DNA of 64,000 bases from Octopus vulgaris. Lineage: Eukaryota. Made by a program: the position numbers and the translations under genes. This document shows, piece by piece, positions 47,065 to 61,319 of this stretch. The notes below the pieces were generated by a model. It saw only the letters and a list, made by a program, of their open reading frames with translations, had not been told where the DNA came from and did not search any database. Within the stretch, counting starts at the first letter, position 1. Each line of letters begins with the position of its first letter. The DNA lies in assembly GCA_951406725.2 (NCBI GenBank), contig OX597830.1, forward strand, positions 49,600,001-49,664,000, read 5' to 3'.

Positions 47065-47305
47065 AAGAGTCAGCGAGAGTATTCAGGCAGAAGAGTACAC
47101 GGTTGTACTCCGATAGAAGACTCCACAGAAGTACTTGAGCAGAAGAGTCCATTGGAGTAGTCGGGCGATAGAGTCCATGAGAGTACTCGGACATAAGAGT
47201 CCACGGGCGTACTCAGATGGAAGGGCTCACAAGAATACACGGGCGGAAGAGTCCACAGGCGTACTCGGGCAGAAGAGTCCACGAAAATATTTAAGTCGAA
47301 GAGTC
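47065..47305. repeat. Diverged 26-bp minisatellite, 9+ units
   Basis: Units recur at exactly 26-bp period from 47065 to 47299. Consensus approximately AAGAGTCCACRGRAGTACTCGGGCAG. Confidence 0.9.
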
Positions 47306-47857
47306 TGAAATGCTTAGTTAACATAAAGTAGGTTTTGAGTCTTTACACCTGTCAGAGTGAGAGAGGCACAGTGGTGGTGTCACTTGGGTTAGAGGTAAGA
47401 ATGCGAACAAGTAATTGAAATTAGAGGTGTAGAAAGAAGGGGAGATATCGAAAGAGAGAGAGAGAGAGAGGGAAGATGGAGAGAGATGTGGTATGAGGAA
47501 AACAACAGTAAAGTGGAGGAAATGGGAATCGTTGAAGGAAAGTGGTGAACACAACAAACCAAGCAGAAGTAAAGGAGATAGTATTGAAGGGGATGATGGA
47601 AAGAATCGAAAGAAAAACAAGCAGGACACCCAGGCCTAGAAAAAAAATTATAAGAAATATTTACGAGAAACAAGGAATTCTTAATTTAGAGACAAGGGTG
47701 CTAAAAGGTGTGGGACGGGAATGAAAGAGTGGGTAGAGGAGATAATGCTTCGAGCAAAAGAGATCCAACGCTTAGATATGGTGCGTCGACGGGTTTTGTA
47801 AATTTAGAATGTTCAAAATGTTTCCAGTATTAGTTGAAGAGTTGCTCTTGATGACAG

Positions 47858-47891
<34 letters not shown>

Positions 47892-47959
47892 GCGCGCGCA
47901 CACTCACACACACACACACATACACACACACATCGCTAATCAGATATACCAAGATATAG

Positions 47960-48312
47960 TACTTTGCTTCAATCACTGAAATGCAACCATGCTAGGGCAC
48001 CAGCTTGTAAGGTTTTAGTCAAAAGAATCCACACCAATACTTAGCGGTTCGGCAAAGTGTTCGATATACCCCCACCACCACCACCACCACAAAAATAGAA
48101 AAAGGAAATAAGGTACCAGGACGTAAACAATTCAACATTGGTCGTCAAGCGCTGATGGAACAAGCACAAAGACACATACTCACACACGAGAAGCTTCATT
48201 CAGTTTCCCGTCTACGAAATCCACTTAAAAAGTTTTGTTCGGCTCGGGGCTGTTGTAGAAGACACTTTTCCAATTGCGGCACGCTGGAATGTAATATTCT
48301 TACCATACAGCA
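47960..48312 (-). mobile_element. SINE family A copy (degenerate)
   Basis: Reverse-complement similarity (TTCAGTTTCCCGTCTACGAAATCCACT; GTAGAAGACACTT). Confidence 0.7.
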
Positions 48313-48654
48313 ACGATATATGTAGTCAGGATAAATCCTAGCTGTTTCCTTTCCTTTTAAAGCACATATGCTTATTCCATTGTTACAACTAAATATGTAG
48401 TCTCAGTTGCTGCTGTTTGTGAACTCAAAAAATATATTAAAATTTAAAATTATGGAAATATCATTTATAGCGTTATAGCATAACAAAACAGAAAGATGGA
48501 CATTTTTTGGTATTATTCATTCACAATTACATTTCTTAATAGAAATTACAAAGTTTTACAAGTTAGGAATTTCCTATTAGAAAATTTTTCGAGCAAATGA
48601 AACACTTATGATGGTGAATAAATTATACCAAAACATTTCCAATCTCCTATTTTG

Positions 48655-48691
<37 letters not shown>

Positions 48692-48799
48692 TTTTAGAAA
48701 AGTATGAATCCGAAGAAGTACACTCTAAGAAGTAGAGCAGTCTATATTTATTATTGGTGAAGGTCGGTTTAAAGGTTACCCTGGGTTTCTCACCTAATT

Positions 48800-48847
48800 C
48801 TGAAGATACGTCATAAAGGTACCCTTTATGGCGAGAAACCCAGGGTA
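48800..48847 (+). ncRNA. Candidate minimal type I hammerhead ribozyme within a 43-bp inverted duplication (48752-48873)
   Basis: Canonical CTGAAGA, 11-bp helix II CGTCATAAAGG/CCTTTATGGCG, GAAA, palindromic helix III ACCC-A-GGGT and a GUA triplet. Helix I is not evident in this copy. Confidence 0.55.
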
Positions 48848-49810
48848 ACCCTATAAACCGTCCTTCACCAGTAATAGATACACTCACGCGCTCGAACACA
48901 TTTACATACACGCGCGCATGCAACATTCGCCCGATCTAAATATGGAAGAAACTTAAGTACAATAACAGAAAATGGGAACACTGGGATAGCCTTGAATGTG
49001 GCGTAGGGTTAAGGAAGATTCACAAGAGTTTTAGGTTTATATGTAAGATATGGCCAAGTGTTTCGGGTTCACATGTTTGTCATCTCTTCACTGTGTCGTT
49101 TCTCAATAAATCCATCCCAACATAAGCCAACTGCTTACTGTTATATACATGTCATCAATTCAAATTGGCCGCAACATTTTATAACAAACTATATTCATAA
49201 AGGTCTTGCTGCTATTTCAAACATCACTAACCCCTAAATATTTTAAGCGACCCTGCTACCGCTTTTACTTTATACAATGCAGATTTATGGATATAGGATA
49301 CTTTACACCAGGTGGGGTTATGTCTTTGAAGGCAGGGAAAGCTCTATGTAGTCTCTTGACCAGTAAGAAATAGAGGAACCCCCAAAATTCTTCTTTAAGC
49401 ACCTCACACAACCTCTCATAATTTTTTTTTATATTCATTGGAATTTTCATAAATCCTTTACGAATTGGTGGGCTACACACGGGTATCATATAAAAGAATT
49501 CTTAAAAAATTTTTAAAATTTCATCCCTATAAACTTTTAAAGTTCCACTCGTTTTCGAATACATTTCTTAAATTCAGTGTTCAAAATACCGACAGTCTGA
49601 ACTTTTTGCTTAAATCCCTTGGATGCATCAACGTTCCATTAAATGTGTTTATGGGGAGAACAATGTTCAGAAACATCGATACATGTCAGACTGACACGGA
49701 AACGAGGAAGGTATCAGGGGGTCGCGTGAGGTACTAAAAACAACAGCTAAATTGCCCTTAAATCACTCACGGACACACGGACACACACATACACTCATAC
49801 ACAGTCCCAC

Positions 49811-49862
<52 letters not shown>

Positions 49863-50011
49863 ACAATATTGCATTCACCTTTTGCATAGCCGTATGAGTT
49901 ACTGTGTGTAGAACAAATTCGCAAAAAAAATTCTGAGAATTGTTAAAAATAAAAAGGCTTTGAGGAGTTATACGGAGTTTATGGGATGCTGACTTTTCTT
50001 TAAATTAACAT

Positions 50012-50228
50012 ATGTTTCTTTATTACCCGCAAGGGGCTAAACATAGAAGAGACAAACAAGGACAGACAAACGAATTAAGTCGATTATAACTGGTATTTAT
50101 TTAATCAACCCCGAAAGGATAAAATGCAAAGTCGACCTCGGCAGAATTTGACCTCAGAACGTAGCGGCAGACGAAATACGGCTACGCATTTCGTCCGGCG
50201 TGCTAACGTTTCTGCCAGCTCGCCACCT
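50012..50228 (-). mobile_element. SINE family B copy; more degenerate copies at ~1195-1335(-), 5110-5190(+), 13030-13180(-), 53660-54040(-) and 54885-55020(+)
   Basis: Reverse complement of 10985-11206. Confidence 0.85.
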
Positions 50229-50840
50229 TCTTTAAATTAACATAATGTTTCAAAAAGAACACGTTGAAAAATGTGTTCTAGGTTTCTGGGCATGAAGGTC
50301 CCTACTGGAGTTTCGGATCATAGGTCCGTTGATAGAGTATAGAAGAAAAAAAACGAAAAGAAGAAAACAGACTTAGAAACTTTGCCGCCAATAGCAGATG
50401 GGATTTCTAACAAACGAATTTCTGTCGACTCACAATACAAACACAATCATACACATATATGCACAGACAGGTACACGCATAAACACACACACACATAGAT
50501 TCCATTATACACAAACACGCATACGCAGTGCATGTGTGTGTGCGCTCACGTGCGCCCATGTGGGTTCTGTCCGCGCGCTTGCGTGTGAATTTGGAGACAG
50601 ATGTAAGTGCAATTTAACCACAGCATGTCCAGGACAAGTTATATTGCCGTCGTTAACCAAAATAAATAAATGTCTTTTTAATTATATCTGTCTCTTGAGT
50701 AATGAAGAATTAATCGTGGCATCTGTAAAATTCTATAACATTTACATTCAGACTGCAGATTGTATGGATACACTCCCACCTGCTAATTATGAGTATGTGT
50801 GCGTATAGTATTCAAGAATTCACACATGTGTATAAATACA

Positions 50841-50880
<40 letters not shown>

Positions 50881-50895
<15 letters not shown>

Positions 50896-51095
50896 GTATA
50901 TATAAATATGTAGATATATGTGTATCTTTGTGTATATATGTGTGTATATATATATATATGTATGTGTGTATATATATATATATATATGTGTGTGTGTGAA
51001 TATTTGTATGTATATATGTGTTTTGTGTATATATATATATATATACAAAACACATATATACATACAAATATTCACACACACACATATATATATAT

Positions 51096-51136
<41 letters not shown>

Positions 51137-51194
51137 TACACAAAGATACACATATATATCTACATATTTATATATACACATACATACATATATA
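50881..51194. repeat. ~310-bp palindrome made of compound microsatellite DNA
   Basis: Unique interruptions are mirrored around a central (TA)n at ~51036 (GTGTTTTGT/ACAAAACAC, GAATATTTGTATG/CATACAAATATTC, GTATCTTTGTG/CACAAAGATAC). Confidence 0.9.
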
Positions 51195-54100
51195 CACACA
51201 CACATGTATACACACAAACAAATACTCTCACACATACAGACACGTACACATGCACATATATTTAAACACATATACAGTCACATTATGCACACAAAAATAT
51301 GAACACACACACACGTGTGTGTGTGTGTATGCTCATCGTATTCGAGTAATCACAAATGAGCGCACAAATGCCTTTGACAAGCCCACAGTGTGTGTACGCA
51401 TGTACGCGATTCGTGTATAATTTGCATCTGTGTAATTATATGCTACACACACACGCACACACATATATACATAATATTTATAAAGTCCTACCTTAATCAG
51501 ATCAGCGTTAATGTAAAACTACCTGACGTATTTAATTAACAAAAAGAGAAGTTTACTGTACAGGTAGAGATGGTAGGCGGAAGGTAATGAAATATATGTA
51601 AACACGTCTAAAATCTTAATTGATATTTGCAAATTAATATCTTCACCATGTGATTGTTTGTGTGTTTGTTTTTGACAATTCAGAAAATAAATATTAAATA
51701 AAACCATGGGTAGATTTTCCTGAGAAAGACAGCTGTTCCATCTACAGACAATATCTAACACTGTTTGTTAATCCGTATTATAAATAGTTTACGCTTTTCT
51801 CCTGACCTTGTTGTTTGAGCCAGGCCAGCCATAATCCAGCTATTCAAGGATCAATATATTTAAACCGTACCTGTTCGTTTTTTATAACAAAAACAATCTT
51901 CACCTAAAATATGGAATACAGTTGGCTACTATTTTATCTAAGTGATCTGTCACATAGCGGCTCTCTCCTCAATAACTTGTGCATGGCAAGTAATCAGGGT
52001 GGGGCTCCTCATTCGTTAGTGCCTTGAGCCTCGACTTACCGCTGGCTAAGAAATCGAGTATAGGAAAGGTTCGATGAAAAAAGGCAAGATCCCATGTTGA
52101 ACTTACATATCTTTGCTTCATTTAAGTCAAAAATATTCTCTGGGGGAAGATGAATTGCACTAAAATAAATACAATACTTTATTTTGAAAAAGAAAAAAAA
52201 AGAGAAATATAACCAACAAGTGTTGAAGTGCAGAAATTGCTTATTGGCAAAAAAAGCAAAAACAAAAACAAAAAAATATAATATAAATAATAAGTGGTTT
52301 ACTACACTACAACAGCAATGAGCCTAAAGTGCAGGATTAGGTAAGATACTTGTAAAAACCTTGTCTCAAATACTTGGACAGTATAAAACAAGGAGGATTT
52401 AGTATTAGCGAAAGTAGTTAGCCATAGTCCGGGCTAAACCGCTACAGAGGGTAACAACATGCCTGACGAACAGCATGAACAGGGAAATCTACAATCAGCT
52501 GAGATGGCAAAAACATATTGATGTCTTTCATCCAGGTCGACAACGGAAAAACGGAGAATAACAAGAGAAATGCAAACGAGACAGTAACTTCATGTGATTG
52601 ACACGCTACATTGGCCAATTGTAAAGTCACGTGGACTGATGGATTTTACAGTATTTCAGTTTCCTGCATTTTTAATTATCAATTACATTTTCACCACAAT
52701 GGATGGCAAAATCGGTAGATTAAAGAGAAGATGCTTGGAAGTATTTAGTTACATGTTTCCAGGTTCCTAGTTCATGCATCACTTGATTGATTGCCATAGA
52801 GTCGCTTACCAAAACACCAACCTTTGGCCACAGATGTCCTCTCTCAACAACACTCACGGATGTCCGGCCCACAGATACCCTGTTTCACTTTTATCATCAC
52901 CGCTGTTTTTCTCCATCGTTGTCAATCTCTGACTATTTTTCAATTGTTAATCATCAGCCACTTACACATCCTCCTAGCACACTCACCTTTTCTCGCTTTA
53001 TCATCCATGTTCTCTTCCTCTTTTTTTAAACGATGCTGAAATGATGATGACAATATTAAAAAGAAGCGAGTTTTACATGGAAACAAAATATAAACAAATA
53101 AGAAAATATTTAAAGTCCTCCATAGAATGTGACTTCTGAGGGTAACTTCTGGAAACCTCACTGGTCACTAAAGCAAGTCGTACCGTTGGAAAAAAAATCA
53201 CTTGCTTTAGTTGATAGTCCTTCGGAAATCTTCCATTCTCTGGGGATATTTTGCTCTCTGTGTTGTTGTTATAATTGCTATATGAGTAGTTGTGTAATGC
53301 GGGAGTATAGTGTTTAATTATGAGTTATGTTTGTATTGATGTAAGGTTTTATGAAATCATTGATATTTTTGTCTATGACCATATAGTTGATGGTGCATTG
53401 AGGTACTATACATGTTGGGTTGGATTGATATGTGTTTTCTCTTGTTGTGGTGTTTGTAATATTTGTGATGTTTCTAGAGTTAGAAATGTTTCTAGTTATG
53501 TTGGGTGATCGCGTAATTGTCGGTTTCTCTGTTTTTTCGTCTAATCTTTGTTTTTTGTCTGGCGCATCACTTTTCAGTTTCCATATTTGCTCCTCCACCA
53601 TTCACAAGTATCAATTCTGGCGATTCTTTTAAACTGATTTCCTTGCAAAGCGAATTTTCCTGTCATAAGCTCATGGTTTGAAATTTTGGGGAAGGGTGCT
53701 AGTCGATTACACCGACAACAATGTTCAACTGGTAATTTTTTATCGACCCTGAAATGAAGAAAGGCAAGAGTAACCTCAGTGGCATTGTAAAACAGAACTT
53801 GAAGAGCCAGAATAAATGCTGCCTTACTACTAATAATAATTCTTTATACTGTAGGCACTTGGCATGAAAATTTGCGGGAGGAGGCCCAGTTGATTAGATC
53901 AACCTCATGCATAGATGGGAATTATTGTATCAACCCTGAAAGGATGGAAGGCAAAGTCTACCGCAGCTGGATATGAACTCAAAAAGAGCCGAAACAAATA
54001 CAAAATATTATTTTGCCGATATTCTAACGGTTATGCAGCTTATCAACACCACTACCACCTCCACTATGACCATTACGATGACGATGATAACGATTTCTTG

Positions 54101-56083
54101 CGTTCTGAAGGTGAAGTACAATCGATTAACGACAACTCTGTATATAATAGGAATTTTAAATGTTGATCCCTGGGAGGATGAGATCCTGAGTACGCAGTTG
54201 CGTGATTTGAACCCAGAATATACATGACTACAGTGAAAGCGGAATATCGAAAATATAGGAATTTTTGATGGAGAATTAATGAAAATAAAGTGATACGACA
54301 CTAATAAATGTCAAAAGAGAAAAAAAAAAAGGAGCTACAGCAACAGGAAGAACAATAATAAAGGTAATTTAGGAGAAATATTAATAAAAGGATGGCAGCC
54401 TTATAGAAACGATGTAAACACAAATATTTGTTCGTGAAATGTTGATGGAAATATAATTTAGAAGCAATCTGTTCTGAGATGTTTGTACAGTGGATATTGT
54501 TGTGATTTGGGTGAAAGAAACTGAAAGATTTGACAAATTCCAACCAAAGTGGCATAAAAGGAAGGGAAATGTTAAATATTGACTGACAAATATATAAAGC
54601 ATACAAGAATTACTGCAAACATTGGTCATAAACAAAATTAATGTAGATTGATATAAATGTATTTATAAATGTATCAGTATGTAAGTATTTTGTGTACTTG
54701 AGATGGGAAGTATATAAAGGTTGCGCATACAACCACTCTTCTCCAATTATTTTCATCAATGAAGTAGTGTTTAGCTGTATATTTTTCTACTTATGACCTT
54801 GAGAAAAATATGTTGTTATTACATCCAGTTCCTTTTCAGATAAAACCGTTATCATCATCATCATCATCATCATTTCTGCCAATTCTTTATATTCGGCGTT
54901 CAAATTCCGCCGAGGACAACTTCGCCTTCATATTTAAAGGGACGATAAAATAAAGTACCAGTCTAATATTAACCTACTCCCGCTGAAAACAGCTAAGCCT
55001 TGTGCCAAAATTTGATGCAATTATTTTTTAAAGCTGCGCGCTGGCTACATCGTTCGAAGCGCTTGAGAAATGCTTGCATCGTTTTAAGTTCGTATATCTC
55101 CCTATGTTAAAACTGCGGGATTCCTTACGTTGTGGATCAACATTACACAATATTAACCTAAATATGTGACACTTGAAAATCAAATTCGATATTACCATTT
55201 CAAAAATGTGAGCTGACTAAATACAATCATGGATGAAGTGCCTATTGGGTGACCCTACCTCCACCAGTCCTTTTGTGACCACCCAGTATACTCGATGAGC
55301 CGAAACAGTTGAAGTAATGAGCTTAATAAGTTCTCATCGACGGTAAATAATTGAATCTATCCACTTTGCGTTGAAGCAAAAATAATTCTGAACTCAAATT
55401 CAAGAATATCTTTTGTCAAAGTACGAGAAAACGGAAATTCAAAACTATATTATAATTATTCGATAGCAACCCAGCTACAAAATTGTTTGAAATCAAGTTG
55501 CAGATTACGAAACGCTTCTGGCAGTTGAGCAATAAATTTGTCACGGAGAGGAAACTGTAGCAAACGATAAGCAAACATATAATAGAGGACGATAGGAAAG
55601 CTAAACTATAGCTCGCTGTCGGTACATTTTCATTTTACTTTATCGTTTTTAAATTTCATTTACTTACCAAAGATAATTACCCGGAAACTAAGCGATTCTT
55701 AATAAACCATATTCTTTGTATAGTCTAATTGATAATGGAAAAAAAATAGTTTCTTCTATCAACAAATGGCAGAGTGGATTAGATTTTGCTATCTATACAG
55801 ATAAATGAAATTTATTGACGCGTAATTTGATACGAAGATTTTTCTGCCGTTAATAGATCGACTGAATAAAGGAAATTATTGGAAGGTAAACTTACTTATT
55901 GGTATGAGAGTCAGAGAGTTCATACATGGGTCATAACCTTCGCAAGCAGAGCAAGAGAAATGTCACGTAAACACACACACACATCAATACATACCTGCAT
56001 ATATACATACACATACACACACACGCACACACACATACACACGCGCACACACACACACGCACAGACACACACACACACACACA

Positions 56084-56159
<76 letters not shown>

Positions 56160-56272
56160 ATTAGTCTTCTTCAGCTAGATTTACCTGAACAATATTTCAA
56201 ATGTTGCTACATCAATGCCAAGCCGTTAACAGAACCGAGAACAGTGCAAAAGTTTTCAATCAAAATTAAATA

Positions 56273-56330
<58 letters not shown>

Positions 56331-59135
56331 GTACGTATGTATGTGTATGTATGTATGTATGTATGTATATATATAGTGCAAAATTGTTGAATATTTTATA
56401 AACACGCATACACTTGTCCTATATTTTTGGAAGAACCTCTCTGCACCATAGCTAATGAACGAGCTAAATTATGTACTTAATGGTCAGCTAAACCCTTTTT
56501 GTCTATTTACTTAGTCACGCGGATGGGGTTGACCTCAGTTTATAGTAAAAGTAACATTTACCCAAGATACCAAGCAGTAAGATCGAATTCGGATCCTGTC
56601 ATATTGAAGCAAACCTTTTAGCCCGTTCGGCCATGCTAGACTTATGTCAGAAGTAGAGAGTGGCAAGAAAGTAAAGACAAAAGAAGGGAAATATCAAGGA
56701 CACTACAACTAGTCCTGATCAACCTAGCTTTCCACGCAGCCTCTGCGGTCCCCAATGGGACTCGTTGGGCAGCAGTAAGACGTGGATATACCCCCTTCGA
56801 AAATCTTTGTTCGTGAAGCCGTTTCGTGCATCGGCTAACGAATGAAGTCACAATTTTGCAGGGATGAGATAATTATCGCCCCAGTGTCTAAAGGCATTTG
56901 CTATGTGTTTTCTATGGAATGATCTTACTTTTCAATCCGTTATTTATCTATCATTTAGGCATTAGCAGTTAGTCATCCGAAACCCACTTCATTCATTTTA
57001 ATTATTTCTTCCTGACCACTTTGCGCAATTTGGAAAATGTTGTAGGTCCCCACAAGTGTGCCTTTATCAACTTCGTCGGTTATGCGCAAATTTAATCGGT
57101 TATTATTTTATAATATATAACTGTGCCGGTTGAACCCTTTATTATCTCAGCAATTTTGAAACTTTTCCCCAAATTGTTAAACTGGTGTTTTATAAAGATA
57201 ACTTCTATAAACCGAAGACTCTCGTGGCTTATTTTTGCTTTAACTATGTAAATTACCTTAGGCCTAAATGCTCTAATCTTTTTTTATATATATCATAGTC
57301 TTATTATGAATGGAGTTAAGGTGAAACAATATCTGTGCCGACGACGCCCATTAAGGCAGAAACATTTATTTAGCTGTTCTCTTTTCGCCCAAGGACAAAG
57401 ATCGTTTTGTTGCTACTCCTTGAGATTATCTTAGTATTAGTCGGTTAAGATTGCCACTTGAGTGTTTGTTTAACTTCCCTCGAAACGAAGATAGTTTCAA
57501 TAAATGAAAATCTTATTTTGCGTGGTATTTAATATACTTTTCCTCATTTTTGTTGTCTAAATTCAGGACACTTAGCTATTTCTTTTAGAAAACATATACA
57601 CTTTCGCACACGCATAGCGCTTGACAATAAATGCTTATCTATATATCTGTCATCCTCCTTCCTTGCGCGTGTACATGTCCGTTTATATCTGCGCATGTAA
57701 TTCCTTATTCAACCTGTTAATATATACAAAATGTACTATGTTCAGTTGTGGTGACAGTATACAACCCATTGACCCTCAATAATATCTAAATCACCCACAA
57801 GAACACAACTGAATTGAGATAAACAGATTTCAATTGAAATTACTTTCTTTGCAAATCCTAAACATTCGACTGACGAGATATGGCTGACCTCCACCTTTTA
57901 TTAATAAACTAGTATTTTTCTCTCGTATTTCGTGGTAATTTCACACATTCCAGTAATTTTGTTTTATGATTTGAACCTTGGAACAATTTTTACCCAGAAT
58001 ATCGTACGTGAATTCGCAAATGATAATAAAATAAGGAAATTGCATTTTATCTTGCTTTCCCTTAAATGCCTCTATATTTCCTTTTCTTGCTACGTTTCAT
58101 TCAAAACACGCCCAAACACACAAGTTTGGTTGCGAAAACAAGATAAATATTATTCAATACATTTAAAATAGATATTTTCTTTCTCAGGAAATTAATGATT
58201 TCTGTGCACCGCTACTCGGTATCTCGCCACATGACTCTCGAGGCAACAATAGTGTATGCATACAAATACATACACGTACATAATTTACATAATCATATAT
58301 TTTAGGGATATTTTTGTTTGCGTACTGTATAAACCAATCCTCTAAAGACGCGAAATGCTTGAGAAACTTCGAAGTTACTATCACTAGAATTATGAATATA
58401 TATTACATACATCATACATTCATTTCTAGGTAGACAGAGATTTAGAAGAGGTTGTTTTCACTGTTATGAAAAAGGAAACACAAATATAATAAGAACAAAA
58501 GTAAAATAAAAATTGTAATAAAAATATAATATTGAGTTATGAATTGAAGATTAGATGGTATTAGATTTGTGGTAATTATGAGAGAAAAATAAATCTGAGA
58601 CGAATGTCGATAAATGTATAAACACAGGCCAATATCCATTATATGTACACATATGTGTGTGCGTATTTTTGTGTGTAATACACTTCAAATTGGATGTTAT
58701 TGAAAAATAATTCCTTGCGAGTGAAGAGAAGCCAACATTATATATATATAGTTATTATAACCTGATTGCATCCATAGTTTTTGTTATGGAGAATATATTC
58801 CTTTATCTCTGAAGAAAGAAGGGTTGTATCTAGAGAAACAGGGCAGTTCGATAGAAGGCAATGGAATGCATAGTGATGGAGACATGTGAAAATCCATTGA
58901 TTATCGTGTACAGGGTGCTGGTAGTAATGACAGTGTTCTTAGGTGAAAGAAAGATGTTTAACGATGCATCGGATCATAGGATCATAGGATCAAACAGCGG
59001 CGATGGTTAGGGGATGAAAAAAATGGTGAGGGAAGAAAAACAGTAGGCGTTAAATAGGTCAGTTTTATCTTCATTTTGACTGGAAATAATGGACGGAAAT
59101 GGATGGAGAAAGACATCAATAAAAGCACACAAATA

Positions 59136-60735
59136 GGCATTGTCTTCGTCAGAAAAGTAGGTATAATTTTTTATCAAAGTTGTTTTATATTCTATAATTT
59201 TCACATACAATAAATACGATATTAATTGTTATTGTCTGAGATTTTAGTGTAATTTGAGAGGATAATACAAAGGTTATGCATGATTTAGGTATTTACTGCA
59301 AAATCCATGCCGGCCAAAATGATCAGAACGGTTGAAAAAATAACAAAATAATCAAAAATGACAGCGAATACTGGAATTATTTAATATTTAGTGTGAAGCT
59401 CTTTAGCTTCAATCACACTTTGACATCTTCGACTGCATGAGGAAATTAAATTTTCAATTTTTTGCTGGGTGATCTTATTCCATTCTTCCTGAAGGGCATT
59501 CCATAATTGTTCAGTTGTTTTAGGATTTCTGGCTTTCGAACATTCTCCTAGAATATTCCACACATTTTCAATAGGATTGAGATCTGGGCTTTGAGCAGGC
59601 CAATCCATAACAATAGCCTTTTCAGCCTTGAAGAAGTTTATGACCACTTTAGCCATGTGACATGGAGCATTGTCACATGAATACGGGTGATCTCTTAGTT
59701 GAATTTCTCAGCACAGGCAAGGCATGATCTTTTACAAGTTGTTTATAAACTCCTGCATTTACCTTTATACGTAATCGCACCAAAGGGCCCACACCATCCC
59801 CAGATATCATCCTCCAAACCATGACACTTCCTCCACCGAATTTAACACTAGTCTTAAGGCATTTAGGCGACAATTTTTCACCTACTTTTCGACGAACGCA
59901 CCTTTTCCCATCTGAGCCAAATAGCATAAACTTAGATTCATCACTGAAATGCACCGGTTGCCATTTTTCTTGAGACCACAACACATGTTCGGTTGCAAAG
60001 GTAAGACGACACTTTTTATTCTTGGAGCTGATCAGTGACTTCACTGCAGGTGTTCTTGCTTGTAGGCCATGTTCAACTAAACGACGAGACACAGTTTTTC
60101 GTGATAAAGTTTTCTTCAGTACAATGCTCATTTCCCGAGAAACAGCAGCAGCAGGTTTATATGTCCATTTTAACCAACTTTACCATAGCACGATCTTCTC
60201 TCTTGGTCGTTTTTCTTGGCCTACCTGTAGACTTTCTTGCTTCACACGAACCACAATCATCGTAGACCTTAAGAATACCGTGAACAACACTTTTTGACTT
60301 GTTAACAATCTTTGCAATAGACCCAATACTTAAATTATCCTTTTTTCGAAGCTTAATAATCTGCTGACGAATTGGTAACGGAGTAAGTGGCATTATATTA
60401 ACAAAGTACACTGCAGATATTCTTACTAATGTTTAGTAAACGAAACGTCACGTAAACAAATTCAAAACATTAGGGTTCGCCGGTTAAATATACTAAAACA
60501 CGGAGTAAAAGCAACCGTTCTGATCATTTTGGCCGGCATGGATTTTGCAGTAAATCCCTAAATCATCCATAACCTTTGTATTATCCTCTCAAATTACACC
60601 AAAATCTCAGACAATAACAATTAATATCGTATTTATTGTATGTGAAAATTATAGAATATAAAACAACATTGATAAAAACTTATACCTACTTTTCTGACGA
60701 AAACAATGCCGTTCTGAACATTTTGGCCGCAACTG
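59136..60735 (-). mobile_element. Tc1-like transposon relic, DD34E, with long IR/DR-type TIRs
   Basis: ~200-bp inverted repeats at 59136-59334 and 60512-60735. The right TIR has inner and outer direct repeats (CGTTCTGAwCATTTTGGCCG) and ends ...AACTG|TA. The left TIR lacks the outer repeat. Confidence 0.93.
59381..60393 (-). pseudogene. Frameshifted Tc1 transposase (DD34E)
   Basis: Three consecutive frames: MPLTPLPIRQQII...GRPRKTT; FSDESKF...VKFGGGSVMVW; DNAPCH...WPAQSPDLNPIENVW. There are 34 residues between the second D and the E. Confidence 0.92.
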
Positions 60736-60961
60736 TACCTATGTACGTGACGGGTTTCTAATACTTTCCATCAACCAAATCCACTCATCAAGGCTTTGGT
60801 TGGCCTCGGGCTATAGAAGTTACTAACCTGAGGTATTACGCAGTGAGGCGGAACCTCGGACCATATAGTTGGGAAGCAAACTTCTTACAAAAGAACAGCA
60901 CACCTATCTATTTATCTATCTATTTATCTATTTATATGTATGTGTGTGTGTGTGCGTATGT

Positions 60962-61008
<47 letters not shown>

Positions 61009-61214
61009 CGTGATCACGTGACCAACCAGACAATCAGATGTTGCTACACATCGCTGGTCACAATGCTTTCGCATTGTTTTAGCTTTCGAATGACGCCACC
61101 CCGCTGGCTAAGCGACCAGGCCATATATATATATATAGTTCTCTGCATTGTTATACGCTTGTAAATGTAAATTTATTTATCAATATATATATATATATAT
61201 ATATAGATATAGAT

Positions 61215-61319
<105 letters not shown>

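Noticed and set aside
47065-47305. CRISPR-like periodic array
   Set aside because: Units are homologous along their whole length with no unique spacers. The context is eukaryotic and there are no cas genes.
52800-53660. Possible very old minus-strand CR1-like ORF1/ORF2 junction relic
   Set aside because: Only faint motif echoes across many stops. It cannot be supported without a profile search.
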